Shown here piece by piece: positions 1 to 12,800 of a DNA stretch of 64,000 nucleotides. Where the stretch lies: assembly GCF_033153115.1 (NCBI RefSeq), contig NW_026889778.1:2790001-2854000 (forward strand), read 5' to 3'. Each line of letters starts with the position of its first letter. Position 1 is the stretch's first letter. The stretch comes from Saccostrea echinata. Its lineage: Eukaryota. The notes below the pieces were generated by a model. The model saw only the letters and a list, made by a program, of their open reading frames with translations, did no database searches and was not told the DNA's origin. A program made the position numbers and the translations under genes.

Positions 1-506
1 TTTAACCATGAATTCATAAAGACACATGCGTATTGGCATTTAAATCTTGTGATATAAGCCTTGAATAAATGAACTTCAAATATTTACATAAAAGATACAA
101 ATATGTTATCATGTAAGTGTACTTTTAATACTACTATTTATATATAAATGGTCAGTGCTCCATGTTTTTGGGGAAGAGAAAAATCTATATTTTTACTTAT
201 ATTGTAAGGATATACTTTAGATAACACGGATCGGACCATTCAATTATATCGAGAAATAATATTATAAATAGAAAATAAAAGAGAATGTTCAGTTTTGTCG
301 AATTTATGCCCATATTTATTCTTTAAGGATTCAAATCTTTATCATGCTAACTTAAAATCAGAAAGTAGTAACTAGTAATCTGCTGAAAATTTAGAATTTA
401 TGAAGTAAAGCAGAAAAAACCTTAAAAGTTATATATGTTTATACATAGTTACATTTAAGATCACGATAAAATGATGTACAAACTTAAGGTAAATCTTTAT
501 ACATAC

Positions 507-884
507 AGAAAGGACCTCCTTCATTTCATCTCTAGTGATAAATCCATTCCCATTAATGTCGTAAATCTGGAAGCTAAAGGACAGTTTTTCATCCACACTT
601 CCTCTGAGCACCACACTGAACCCACACACAAACTCCCGGAAGTCCAGCAAACCGTCATCATTTTGGTCAAAAACACGGAACACGTGCTTGGCGAACTCCG
701 AGGCGTCCCCTAGCGGAAAGAAAGTCGAGTATGCTTTCTTAAACTCGTCCACTGTCAACGCTCCTTTCGGCCAGCTGCTCTTGAATTCTTTGTACCACTC
801 GTTGAGTTCATCCACAGTAAAATTAGTCTGATCTCTCAGCTCAGCTAAGGTTTTAGGAGCCAATTTACTATGACGTTGTCCCAT
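507..884 (-). CDS. Neuronal calcium sensor family protein (neurocalcin/hippocalcin-like), first coding exon; gene continues beyond window start
   Basis: ATG at 884 gives MGQRHSKL (MGxxxSK myristoylation motif), then ELNEWYKEF, EF2 DQNDDGLLDFRE and EF3 DINGNGFITRDE. GTATGT donor follows EVLS at 506. No further exon seen in 1-500. Confidence 0.9.
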
Positions 885-1144
885 TTTCTTTAAAATGCGG
901 TGTACTACTACCACCAAATTCAGCTCAAAACAAGCTTTTATCATTTAGTTTATACATGCTTGATTGAACTTTTATAAACGTATTTTTGAAATACAATGCA
1001 TCCTTGTTAATATCTAATTAGACAATATCGATTTAACGCTCAACAAACTTCCAAATAAGTTGGTCAAACGGTGATTTAAATACATAAAAAAAAGTCGTGT
1101 TATATCGGTAAATCTGTATACATCTATATATTAAGACCAAAAAC

Positions 1145-1314
1145 AATGTACACATGTGGAAAAACATCACAAATATAAGAACACTCGCACTGACTTGATA
1201 AAGGGTCAGTTCATATTATAACATGAGTTAATGTACACATGTGGAAAAACATCACAAATATAAGAACACTCGCACTGACTTGATAAAGGGTCAGTTCATA
1301 TTATAACATGAGTT
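1145..1314. repeat. Perfect 85-bp tandem duplication upstream of the NCS gene
   Basis: aatgtacacatgtggaaaaac...ataacatgagtt at 1145-1229 and again at 1230-1314. Confidence 0.9.
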
Positions 1315-3005
1315 TAAAGTCAACACCTTTTCTTAACTAACACCTGTGGCACCACCTGTGACAAAAATTATTTTTAGAGAAATCGTCAAAGTAAATTAGA
1401 TACAATCAATATTCTTCTATCTCTGGGTAACACATTGCGAGTATATAGGAAATGATTTCTTTAAATAATTAATTGAAAAAGATGAATCTTATGAAAAAAG
1501 AAATGAAACCGATGTTAAAGAGTAGAATTTCCCCCATAGCCACCTTTCCCGTAGAGAAGGAACCCCCCCCCCCCCGGAAAAATCACACACTAGAGCTTAA
1601 TTTCCCTTCTCTCTTTCCCAGAGTATGATTTACTCTTTCTTTAAATAGAATTTACAGGGGTCCGTGTTATATACCCTGTTCACAGATTTGTATTGGTTGT
1701 GGGTTTTTGAGATCGATCACTGTTCGTTATCGACACCTTTTTCGTATATATATGTATATAAACCGCAGCGAAATATTTTACATGGCTAAAAGTTAATTGA
1801 AATAAAAGCACTGCTATTATAAATGGAAAATAAAATGTTCAATTGAAAATACGAAGTCAGAAGTGAAGACTGAGATAACCTCGATTATTTCATTTTTTTT
1901 TTTTTTTTTTTTGAATTATTCTAGCTGCAAATAAGATACGAAAGAGCTTAAAATTTGCTGTTCATTGGTGCATAATATGAATATCTCAATGAACATGTCG
2001 AGAAGAATCAGACATTTACCATCATCAAAATTAAGAATTAATAAGAAAAGGGAAAATCATCATCTGTAAATGTTATATTATCCATTTCATGCCACTTATG
2101 GAAAAGAAGACAATTATCATGATCATAATATTTCTAAAGATGTTGAAATACAATTGCTACACCTTAGAAATAATTATACTGATTTCTCTAATTGAAATTT
2201 TTATCCAATCCCGTTTGAAAGAAAAAACGTTGTCGATCAGAAAAAAAATTAATAAATTTATACCTACGAGAAAATGATAATTCGGGGGGGGGGGGGGGGG
2301 ATCCTATTCTAGAACCTATTTTCCGGTGGAAAATCCTACTACTCTACAGCCGGGGGGGGGGGGGGGGTATATGGTTATATATGTATAAATGAATATGATA
2401 TACAATCATAGATCTTCAGACTTCATAAGAGAGAGAGAGTATAAACAAACGAAACGAAAACAAGCAAATTAAAAAATACATTATAAAAAAAACGAAACGA
2501 AACAAGAACATTTTTTTTTAAATTAATTAAAAAATATATCAAAAAGAGAAAAAAGACAATAACATCAAGCAATTATTATAGTGCAGGTTTACTAAATATC
2601 TTATGTACATTTCATGTCTTCAAGATTTTTTTTTTATTAATCAGGTATGAATATCCATGCGATTTATTCCAGTCAGGTCAATCGTCTATCATATTTTCAT
2701 GTCAGCATGGTGAGGTGGCACCTTAAAATGGAAGAAGGGTGTGTAATGGTTTCCATTGAGTTTTTTACGAGCCTAAAAATTACTTTCATAAATTAGATGT
2801 GCGGTAAATAATGTCATCTAAAGAAAACGTTTTTTGATAATTAAAATGTTTGTGTATATAATTTGTCTACAGACATATCTGATTGTGGGTCACTATTTTA
2901 TCACGTGTAAACAGACTGACCAGATGTTCTGTAGGTGACGGGGAGTGACCTCGTGGCTCCAAAAGTAAATCCGGAACAAAACAGAGAAATTGTGTGTAAT
3001 ACGGT

Positions 3006-5571
3006 ATGGAGTCTAATAAGAGTTCTCCGACACGTAACGTGGTGATAGCCGTGGACGGAAGTTCCCACTCCGATATTGCATTTCAGTGTATGTATATTAT
3101 TTTCGGTTAATACTACACAACCATTCTTTTTCTTTTGGAAAAAAATGTTCACCCAGAAAGTGGACTGTGAACTCTCTATGATTTCTACAATATATTGGCA
3201 TTAGCCAATCAGAGCGCTAGGAATCATTCAATCAGGCCATCTTTAAAAATTTGTTTGGTTGCCCCCCCCCCCCCCCCCCACCGACTGGCTAATAATGGCT
3301 CGACTAAAAACTTTCTTTAGCCTCCAGGATTTTTTATGCATTCCACAAAATAGATTTTGAAAGTTCAGCATTAATGTTGTTCTGGGAAGAAAAATTTTCC
3401 CACCTACCTATTTTTTTCATCCCGAGTTGGGAGAGGGCAAACATTATTTTAAATTTGGCCTCATATATGATGGTATAATACTATTCCTTACACCCAAGGC
3501 TTAATAGACTTGCAACAAATTGAAGACTTCATTTTACAAAATTTAAGATAAAAATTTGTTGATTTTGAAATCCTCCAACAAGAAAAAAATAGCTTAATCC
3601 TGTCACCTTGCAACTCAAATGCTTAAGAACATACTTTCCTTTCTGACATCCTGACTCTCTGCTGTAGAGTTTATTTTATGGAATAAAATATGTCAGAAAA
3701 GACTGTACTTTCCTTCATTAAGAAATGATTTAAATACAGTTTGTTTGGCTTACCAGAACTTTTTTTTCTTTTGCACTGACAGGGTATCTGGAACAGTTCA
3801 GACGTCCTGGCGATAATGTCGTTCTTGTTCACTGCTTAGAGAGACACCAGGCTTTCCACGGGGGTAAATATATGTCAATGTTAATGAAACTCTAGGACCT
3901 CTTGTTCACTGCTTAGAGAGGCTCCAGGCTTTCCACGGGGGTAAATACCGGTATGCGTCAATTAATGTTAATGATACTCTAAGACCTCTTGTTCACTGCT
4001 TAAAAAGGCACCAGGCTTTCCACTGGTGTAAATATGTGTCAATCAAAGAAATTTTTGGTTTACTAGTAAGAGAGGCACCTGGTGCTTTTCACGGGGGTAA
4101 ATACGCATAAATTATTGAAACTCTCGGACCTCTTGTTTACTGTTTAGAGAGGCACCAGGCTTTCCATTGGGGTAAATATGCATAAATTATTGAAACTCTC
4201 GTACCTCTTGACAAGTTGTCGAAGAACATAGTGAGAAAGATATGATAGAGAAGTTTCATTGACATCCATTATCTACTTTTTTGAGATTTTGGTCGGGCAA
4301 ACATACATATAAACAAAGGCGAGAATAAATGCCTTCTGTCTTCGTTGGCAAGAGAATTGTATTATCATAGATGATATTGATCTCATTCGCAAGTCTTATT
4401 ATTTTTATATGGATAGTGAGTAATTAGTGAGCTTTTTTTAATAGAGTGTGTCATATCTGTATCACATACGACATTAATAGTATCTAATTATTCTCTCCGC
4501 TCATTAGTAAAACCCATGTACTAGAAATGTTTCACGCAGACACGTGCTTCTCAAAACACGGTTCATAGTTCACTTATACGTACGCCAAAGAAAAAAAAAA
4601 TCACCACAAATTTTGAAGAGAATTTGAGATTGAGAACATATAATGATCTGGGTGCGTTTTCAATCCTGGGGAATTGCATCTCCCAAGCCACACTAGGGAA
4701 TTGCATCCCCCAAGCTCAACCCCCAAGCTCAATCAAATTTGTACACTTTAGGCCGAATATCATGTATAGTATTGCTATTATTATACCTCATTTAGATTCG
4801 ATCTAATTTTGTTTTCATTCCTACAGCCATGGGGACGGCGGACATTGAATCTGTCTGTAACATAATGGCACAAGAGGAAGAAACACAGAAGAAGTTAGGG
4901 GTAGAATTTGAAAAGAAATTAAAATCAAACGGGGTAGGTATACACTCAACATGATATGTAAGGCCTATGCGTAAAAAATAATGATAAAAGAAGATTCCCA
5001 TTCGAATATGTTTTATATGTACAATATTCAACTCGCCCTTCAGGCTCCTGGGCTCTGTGAATATATCCCTCTCCGGGGATTACTTAATCATCGTATTGTC
5101 AAAACAGATTATTGTTTTCTTCATATATGATTCAAAGATTAATTGATATAACTTGTTAAAGCAAAATAATTTTTTTAAAGAAATTATTAAATATTTATTC
5201 ATGATTAAAATAGAGGACAAAATAGAGTACAAAATAGATGCCCGTTGAAAGGTTCATCTTTTCCATTTAGTTACAAATTTTCTGTCATGAACTCTTTTGT
5301 GTTATTAAGCAACACCTGAGTGTCTGTTATTTTTTTTATTTAGATACAGGGATGTGTGAAAACGTCATTTGGAAAACCTGGCGAAGTCATTATACGTCTC
5401 GCTAATGAAGCACAGGCCAGTAACATAATCATAGGTAGTCGAGGTCTTGGAACAGTACGTCGAACACTTCTAGGCAGCGTTAGTGATTACGTAGTACACC
5501 ACTCGGAAGTGCCCGTCACTGTGTGTCGTCACAAACATCACACTGCGCATGTCACAGATCACGCGCATTAG
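3006..5571 (+). CDS. Universal stress protein (UspA-domain), 4 coding exons
   Basis: Exons 3006-3087, 3783-3863, 4827-4933, 5344-5571 join in frame at GT-AG junctions: [45 protein letters not shown]...GKPGEVII...IIIGSRGLGTVRRTLLGSVSDYVVHHSEVPVTVC. Contains the USP N-terminal VAVDGS and G-2x-G-9x-GS motifs. Confidence 0.92.
3890..4210 (+). repeat. About 4 diverged tandem copies of USP exon 2 3' end plus donor site
   Basis: Unit tcttgttcactgcttagagagRcaccaggctttccacgggg|gtaaat matches 3823-3869. Confidence 0.9.
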
Positions 5572-6828
5572 TTATTCATGCAATTTACTTAATGATCACA
5601 AGTCAAGATTTGAAGGATTTGTAGAAGTTAAATGCATTGCTTCAATCCTTTAATATAATATTGTTTTCTGATATGATTATAGTTATTGCCTCCGCAGCAT
5701 AGATTCTTAGATTGGAATCTTTCAAAAGCTATAACGAAACTGTAGTTTGTTTGAAGAATCACATTTATTTGATATATTTTAAAACTTTATTACATGTATT
5801 AAGATACATTTAAAAATTTCTTTACGTCTTTGATTGCTTAAAAATTTTAGCCATAGTAATTTTCAGAGGCAGAAAAGGAGATAATTTCATATGCCATTGT
5901 TCCGCCAAAAATATAGTCCTTGCTAGATTTCAAATTCAGTTAACCAATTTGATTTAAGTTGTAAAATTATGATGTGGAAAGAAAAATATAATCTTTAAAA
6001 TCCATTAATATTACATCTAAATATTTAAGACGTATAAACAAATACACTTTAAATATTTCCTTTAGACAAAAACCAGACAAGAATTCCTCCCTAAAAAGGG
6101 ACTTGAATCAATAGACTCCACCATGTCATGTTATTAAAAATATATATATAATTTTAAATGACATGATGCAAAATAACCTGTAAGATTTCTCTAGATGCAT
6201 GTGCAGGTAATGTAAAAGTCTTCAAGAATACGTGCACAGTTTATATTATGCTATTGCGTTTAATCGTTATAATACTAGTACTGTGAGTATATTCTCTTTG
6301 GGTCTGAACTGATATAAATGATCCACTTATACTTATCATATAAGTTTGTTAAGTTTAATTTTTTCCTCTATTCTCTTCAAAATGAAATTCGTTTTTTTTT
6401 TCGTATATATTAAAATATATGATTATATTTATATATCATCTCTCTGTCCGCAAGACAGCGGATGGATACACCCAGTTTATGACCAAATTACCACTTTCAA
6501 CAATAAAACATCTATTCTGAAAGAACACTAAGAACACATGTAAATCACAAACTTTACTAATAAAAGTTACAACAATCATTAACGATACTCAGCTATTTTT
6601 CATGGTGTGAAATCTTTGTAGTGACTCAAATAGTAAAATATTTGCTGTTTTTAACCAGTAATTAATACTTCGTAGGATTATTTATAAAGATAAAAGGCTC
6701 AATGGCGAATATAAATATATTCGAGAACATGCATGTTCGCGAATAAAAGATGTGAATAATTGCTGATTTACAATATATATCTATTTGTTAGATAGGCACT
6801 GAACGAATAAAATACACACTTGTGTTAT

Positions 6829-9800
6829 TTACAGAATTCCACAGAATTTACTTGAAGGCACACAACTATTGTCATTGGCGGAATTCCTCTTCTTTTCCAC
6901 GCCACTGTTTACACGGGAAGTCTCCATGTTCGTGGCATGGATTGACGTCACTGCTGTAATTGACCACTTCAAAAAGAAAAAAAAGTCAATAGGAATCGAA
7001 CTTTAAATTCTCAAACCAGAAATAGTATATAATCCTATAAATGGATTTCCTTAGTATATTAGTTAAACCTGTATGATTTTTCAAGGCGGATTCCGCCAGG
7101 AATATGGGTGCAATCTAGCAGGAACTGGCAAATTTCGGGCATGAAGCGGAGACGGACTTTTGAAAAATTACGCCTGAATAGATTTAGAGGCGTTTTCCAG
7201 GCGTCATTTCCACTTTACGGGCTTCAGTTTGCAAGTTCAACTTTTCCTAGCGTTAAATTGCAGGAAAATTGAAATAGAAATTGCCCCTGGATCATTAAGG
7301 AGGAGTAAAAGCCTCTGATTGGTCAATTTAATTATCAATTAAGGGTCATTTCAGATAGGAGGTTAATATATGTTTGAATTTCGACAGGAAGGAGGGAGTT
7401 TAGTGTGAGTGAAATAGGAAATACAGATATATCAATGTTAATTAAGGCTTTTATACTTATGTCCTAGATGACACAGTATCTGCTGGTAGGTGTGATAATT
7501 AATTTCTGGTACCTACATGTATTTAGGTAAATGTGAATGTACAATGATTGTTATTGACTCTTTAGACTATTCGAGTTTCCTTGAACACATTCTGAGATGA
7601 CATAGAGGCAATCAGACTGTAAAGTACTGAGTAAATGAACTGTGTTAAGTAATTTGTTTGATTTGGTGTCTTGATTGAAGTGATAAAAGTATTTTTAAAA
7701 GTTAATCAAATTCTTAGACATTATTTTACACTCATGATGGTGTCTCAGGGTCCCTTACGCAAAGAAATGAAACAGGTTTCATAAATTATATTTCTATACT
7801 ATTTTAGATGTTAAGGACATATATGGCTGAAATATTGCCGACTCGGCGTTAAACAATATCAATCAATCAATCTAAACGCTAAATTTTCAGCTTTAACATT
7901 GTAAATCATAACTTTGCTTTTTTTAGCTCTATATATAATTATAGGTTTTTTAGGACTTCCCAGGCGTAAATTATGCTTCAGGCTTCATTTTTGTTTCCAG
8001 GCGTCATTTATTTTTCCGGGCGTAGCTCATTTGCATTTTTGGCCTCAAATTCCTGTTCAATTCCGCTTTGTTTCCTCTTGCTGTACGCCCGGAACCTGGA
8101 TAACACCATATATGTAGCGAGACAAACTGACACCCGGAATCCTCGAAGTACGCCTCTATTCCCAATATATTTTGGGCGGAACATATCGTACAGGTGGTTA
8201 CATAATGAGTCAAAATCATGTGTTTCTTTTAAGATATTTATATCACAAAGAGAAAATTTTATGAAAAATATGACAAACTTAACTGCACTGTAAAGCCAGA
8301 AAGACTGCAAAATAACAACGGTAGTAGGTACCGAATCGTTGTTATCGTTCATGACAACGTAACACAACTTTTTATTTTTAGCGTAAAACTTGTACACAAC
8401 ATTGAAAAGGAGCATGCAAAAGGTGAGGAATATGTTCTGATAATCGTTTTTATGCCCCTGGATCGAAAGATTCCGGGGGTATATTGTTTTTGTCCTGTCT
8501 GTTTGTCTGTTTATCTGTTTGTCTGTCTGTCTGTTGTCAACTTTAAGCTTGCCCATAACTTTTGATTGGTTTGAGCTATGACTTTCATATTTCACATGTG
8601 TATTCCTTTCTTTGGGTACCATCATATTTGACCTTTTGACCTTGACCTTGGAGTCTGACCCACTTTTGCAAAATTTTATGAGACTTTAACCTTGGCCATA
8701 ACTTCTGAACAGTTGGTGCTTAGGGTTTCAAACTTCACATGTGTATTTTTTGTGACAAGGTCTTCCTTTGGATACAAACCACTTTGACCTTGGAGATTGA
8801 CCTACTTTTGAAAAAAATTAACCTTGGCTATAACTTTTGAACAGTTGGGGTTTCAAACTTCACATGTGTATTCCTTGTGACAAGACCTTCCTCTGGATAT
8901 AAACCTCTTTGACCCTTTGACCTTGACCTAGGAGTTTGACCTACTTTTGAAAAACTTTAACCTTGGCCATAACTTTTGAACGGTTGGAGCTAGGGCTTTC
9001 ATACTTCACATATGATATCCTTGTGACAAGACCTACCTTTGGATACCAACCACTTTGACCTTTTGACCTTGGCTTAGGAGTTTGACCTACTTTTGAAAAA
9101 CTTTAACCTTGGCCATAACTTTTAAATGGTTGATGCTAGGGCTTTTATACTTCACATATGTAATCCTTGTGACATCACCTTCCTTTGGATACCAACAACT
9201 TTGACCTTTTGACCTTGACCTAGGAGTTTGACCTACTTTTGAAAAACTTTAACCTTGGCCATAACTTTTGAATGGTTGGTGCTAAGGCTTTCATACTTCA
9301 CATATGTAATCCTTGTGACAAGACCTTCCTTTGGATACCAACCACTTTGACCTTGACCTTGACGTTTTACTTACTTTTAAAAAACTTTAACCTTCGCCAT
9401 AACTTTTGAACAGTTGCAGCTAGGGCTTTCAAATTTCACAGGAATATTCCTCGAGACAAGATGTTTCTTTGGGTACCAACATTTTTTATCTTTTTGCCTG
9501 GATTTTGACTTGCATTTGAGAAACTTTAACCTTCGCCATAAGCTGCCATACGGGGGAATCAGTGTTTCACAAACACATCTTGTTGAAGATTATTAAAATC
9601 CTTGGTCTACTGACATTCATTTCTTGGGACTTGAGACCATGGTAGCTTCTTCAACTTTTCCGTGCAGGCGCACACTGAAGAGGAAGAAGTGAAGCAATAG
9701 TTTTGTCTTGGAGCAGACATTTTTTTTAAGGTTCTGACACCTGTAATTTTCTGTGACTTAATTCTTTCAAGAATATAAAAAAAAAATTGCATGAGTCATG

Positions 9801-12800
9801 CCAAAAATTCTATTTTGACAAAGGATGACTGCACTTAACGCCGGTTTTTGGGTCTTTTTCGGTCGCTTCTGTTGCTTTTATATCAAACTCTTATTTCATT
9901 TTCATATATTTATGAAAGAATCCTGTCAATTTCGAGCCGAATTTAAATATTACAATGATCTTAGACTGTTATACAATAAAATGATTCTATGTTTTCTGTC
10001 CTTACTCTTTCCAAGTGTAGAGAATTTACACTTACCTGCCCTTGATTAAACATTAGGTATGCATGAGAGGTGGAGCTAACATTGTAAGAATGGCTCTAAA
10101 ATTAGACTAGATAAATAACAATGACATGTATTTAAAAAATACGAGATCACTCTTTCCCATTCCTTCTCATTCCCTCTTTATTCTGTATGGCACAAGTACA
10201 CTATTTTCAGAGGTTTCAAAAACGAAATTAACAATATGAGCGACGTCCATGTAAGTAAAGTATCTTTTAAATCAATGCCTAACAATTTAACGTGTTCGAG
10301 CACTTTGTCCTAGTTAGCACAAAACATGCTACTTTACAAGTCACGTGACGGAATTTAATATTCACAGAGTTACCTGAGGTAAGAAATCACGTGGTGAATT
10401 ATAATATTCAACATGTCACAGCCCTTGGTTACAATAGAGAGAGCGATGTAAGAATTAAGAAGCAGTTTTTTCTCGTTTAAACCATGAGCGCATGTTTGTC
10501 TATTAATCTCCTTTTGACACAACATTGTTAATGCAAATATACAACTACTGTTAAACGGAGAACAATAGACAAACATGCGCTGACTATGTATAAAGTCAGT
10601 GAAAAGGTGGGCGTCCTCATTATCGTACGGAGATTCAAGGAATTGTGATGACCCCCGCCTTAGAAAACAGCTTCGTACTTCGTAAATACGTACTTTTATT
10701 TAATTTAATTACATAAAGTTGTAGATTAGATGTTGACCATTTGTGCAATTAAAAGAAAAATGCTTGTTTTGAAAGTTTATTTTGTCGCAATTTTCGCATG
10801 TCCTTAAGTGCAGTCATCCTTTCCCGGTTTTGCGTCACAGTGTCACTTTCATTGATTGGTTGTTTGTAAATGTTTTACATCCCTTGCGAGACCAATATCA
10901 GTTTTGAGCATCAATGATTTATCTTTTGGTACATAGGGTTGACATGGTATTGATATAAAAAAGAATAGTTGCTTTTTCACACAAGTACTCGTTGACAGGA
11001 GCAACCCTTCCCCATGTACACCAAGAGATTATTGTACTTTTGATGAAAAATACTTTTGTAAGACATACCTACAATGTATAATGCCAAATGAAAAGTCTGA
11101 AACCTATATACGAACGATCAAAATCTCTAATTATTTAATCTTGACCTAATATAACAGAATTTGAACCTCACAAAATATTATCCAACACAGTTTATGGTGG
11201 TCATATAATGAAGTATGATAAATGTCGTGGCCAAACATAACCTCAACCCCCCACCCCTTCCCCGAACCCCTTAATCTGACTTGATGGATTCTGAAACACT
11301 AAGACCTAATAATCTTTCCTATAATCTATCTATCTGGTTCGGATGAGAACAGAAAGCATACTGACCTTGACCTCCTTCCCTCCGACCTCGGTTTGAGTAG
11401 ACATGTCTTCCCTATATTTAGCCAACCCTTTCCTGAGAATCTCCTCCACGAACCCATTCACGAGTTCCATAAAAGCTGACGTATCCTTCTGGTCCTTAAA
11501 TGTAACCTGTGATGTCCGTCGCTGATTGGGTGGTTCTTTTTTAATCCCCGAAATATTCTCCACAGACGCCATCTTCTTACTCTGTGGATGTGACGTCAAA
11601 ATCCATGTAATTCTCCTCCCCTGAAATTGAAAACCAACCTTAATATTACTCCCATTCTAGGGACATCCATTAGGTTCTTGTTCTCTAATATTACTCACAT
11701 TCTACAGATGTCAATAGTCTTTTTGTTCCCTTATATTACTCCCATTCTAGAGAGGTCAGTAGTCTTTTTGTTCCTTATATTACTCACATTCTATAGACGT
11801 CAGTAGTCTTTTTGTTCGCTTATATTACTCCCATTCTAGAGACGTCAGTAGTCTTTTTGTTCCTTATATTACTCCCCTTCTAGAGAGGTCAGTAGTCTTT
11901 TTGTTTCCCTTTATTACTCACATTCTAGAGACGTCAGTAGTCTTTTTGTTCCTTATATTACTCCCATTCTAGAGACGTCAGTAGTCTTTTTGTTTCCCTT
12001 TATTACTCCCATTCTAGAGACGTCAGTAGCCTTTTTGTTCCCTTATATTACTCACATTCTAGAGAGGTCAGTAGTCTTTTTGTTCCCTTATATTACTCCC
12101 ATTCTAGAGACGTCAGTAGTCTTTTTGTTTCCCTTTATTACTCCCATTCTAGAGACGTCAGTAGTCTTTTTGTTCCCTTATATTACTCACATTCTAGAGA
12201 GGTCAGTAGTCTTTTTGTTCCTTATATTACTCCCATTCTAGAGATGTCAGTAGTCTTTTTGTTCCTTATATTACTCACATTCTAGAGATGTCAGTAGTCT
12301 TTTTGTTCCTTATATTACTCCCATTCTAGAGACGTCAGTAGTCTTTTTGTTCCCTTATATTACTCCCATTCTAGAGAAGTCAGTAGTCTTTTTGTTCCTT
12401 ATATTATTCCCATTCTATAGACGTCAGTAGTCTTTTTGTTCCTTATATTACTCACATTCTAGAGACGTCAGTAGTCTTTTTGTTCCTTATATTACTCCCA
12501 TTCTAGAGACGTCAGTAGTCTTTTTGTTCCTTATATTACTCCCATTCTAGAGACGTCAGTAGTCTTTTTGTTCCCTTATATTACTCACATTCTAGAGACG
12601 TCAGTAGTCTTTTTGTTCCTTATATTACTCACATTCTAGAGACGTCAGTAGTCTTTTTGTTCCTTATATTACTCCCATTCTATAGACGTCAGTAGTCTTT
12701 TTGTTCCTTATATTACTCACATTCTATAGACGTCAGTAGTCTTTTTGTTCCCTTATATTACTCACATTCTAGAGATGTCAGTAGTCTTTTTGTTCCCTTA

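Noticed and set aside
8008-8625. 205-aa minus-strand ORF
   Set aside because: Spans the junction of two non-autonomous elements and a microsatellite; no recognisable domain.
10037-10096. Possible 60-nt exon (ttttag..cag|gtaagt, minus strand)
   Set aside because: Lies inside the 9820-10822 transposon and its phase does not fit the 6953 exon.
11990-12241. FPYITPILETSVVFL repeat ORF
   Set aside because: Chance run of 45-bp units; neighbouring 44-bp units break the frame.
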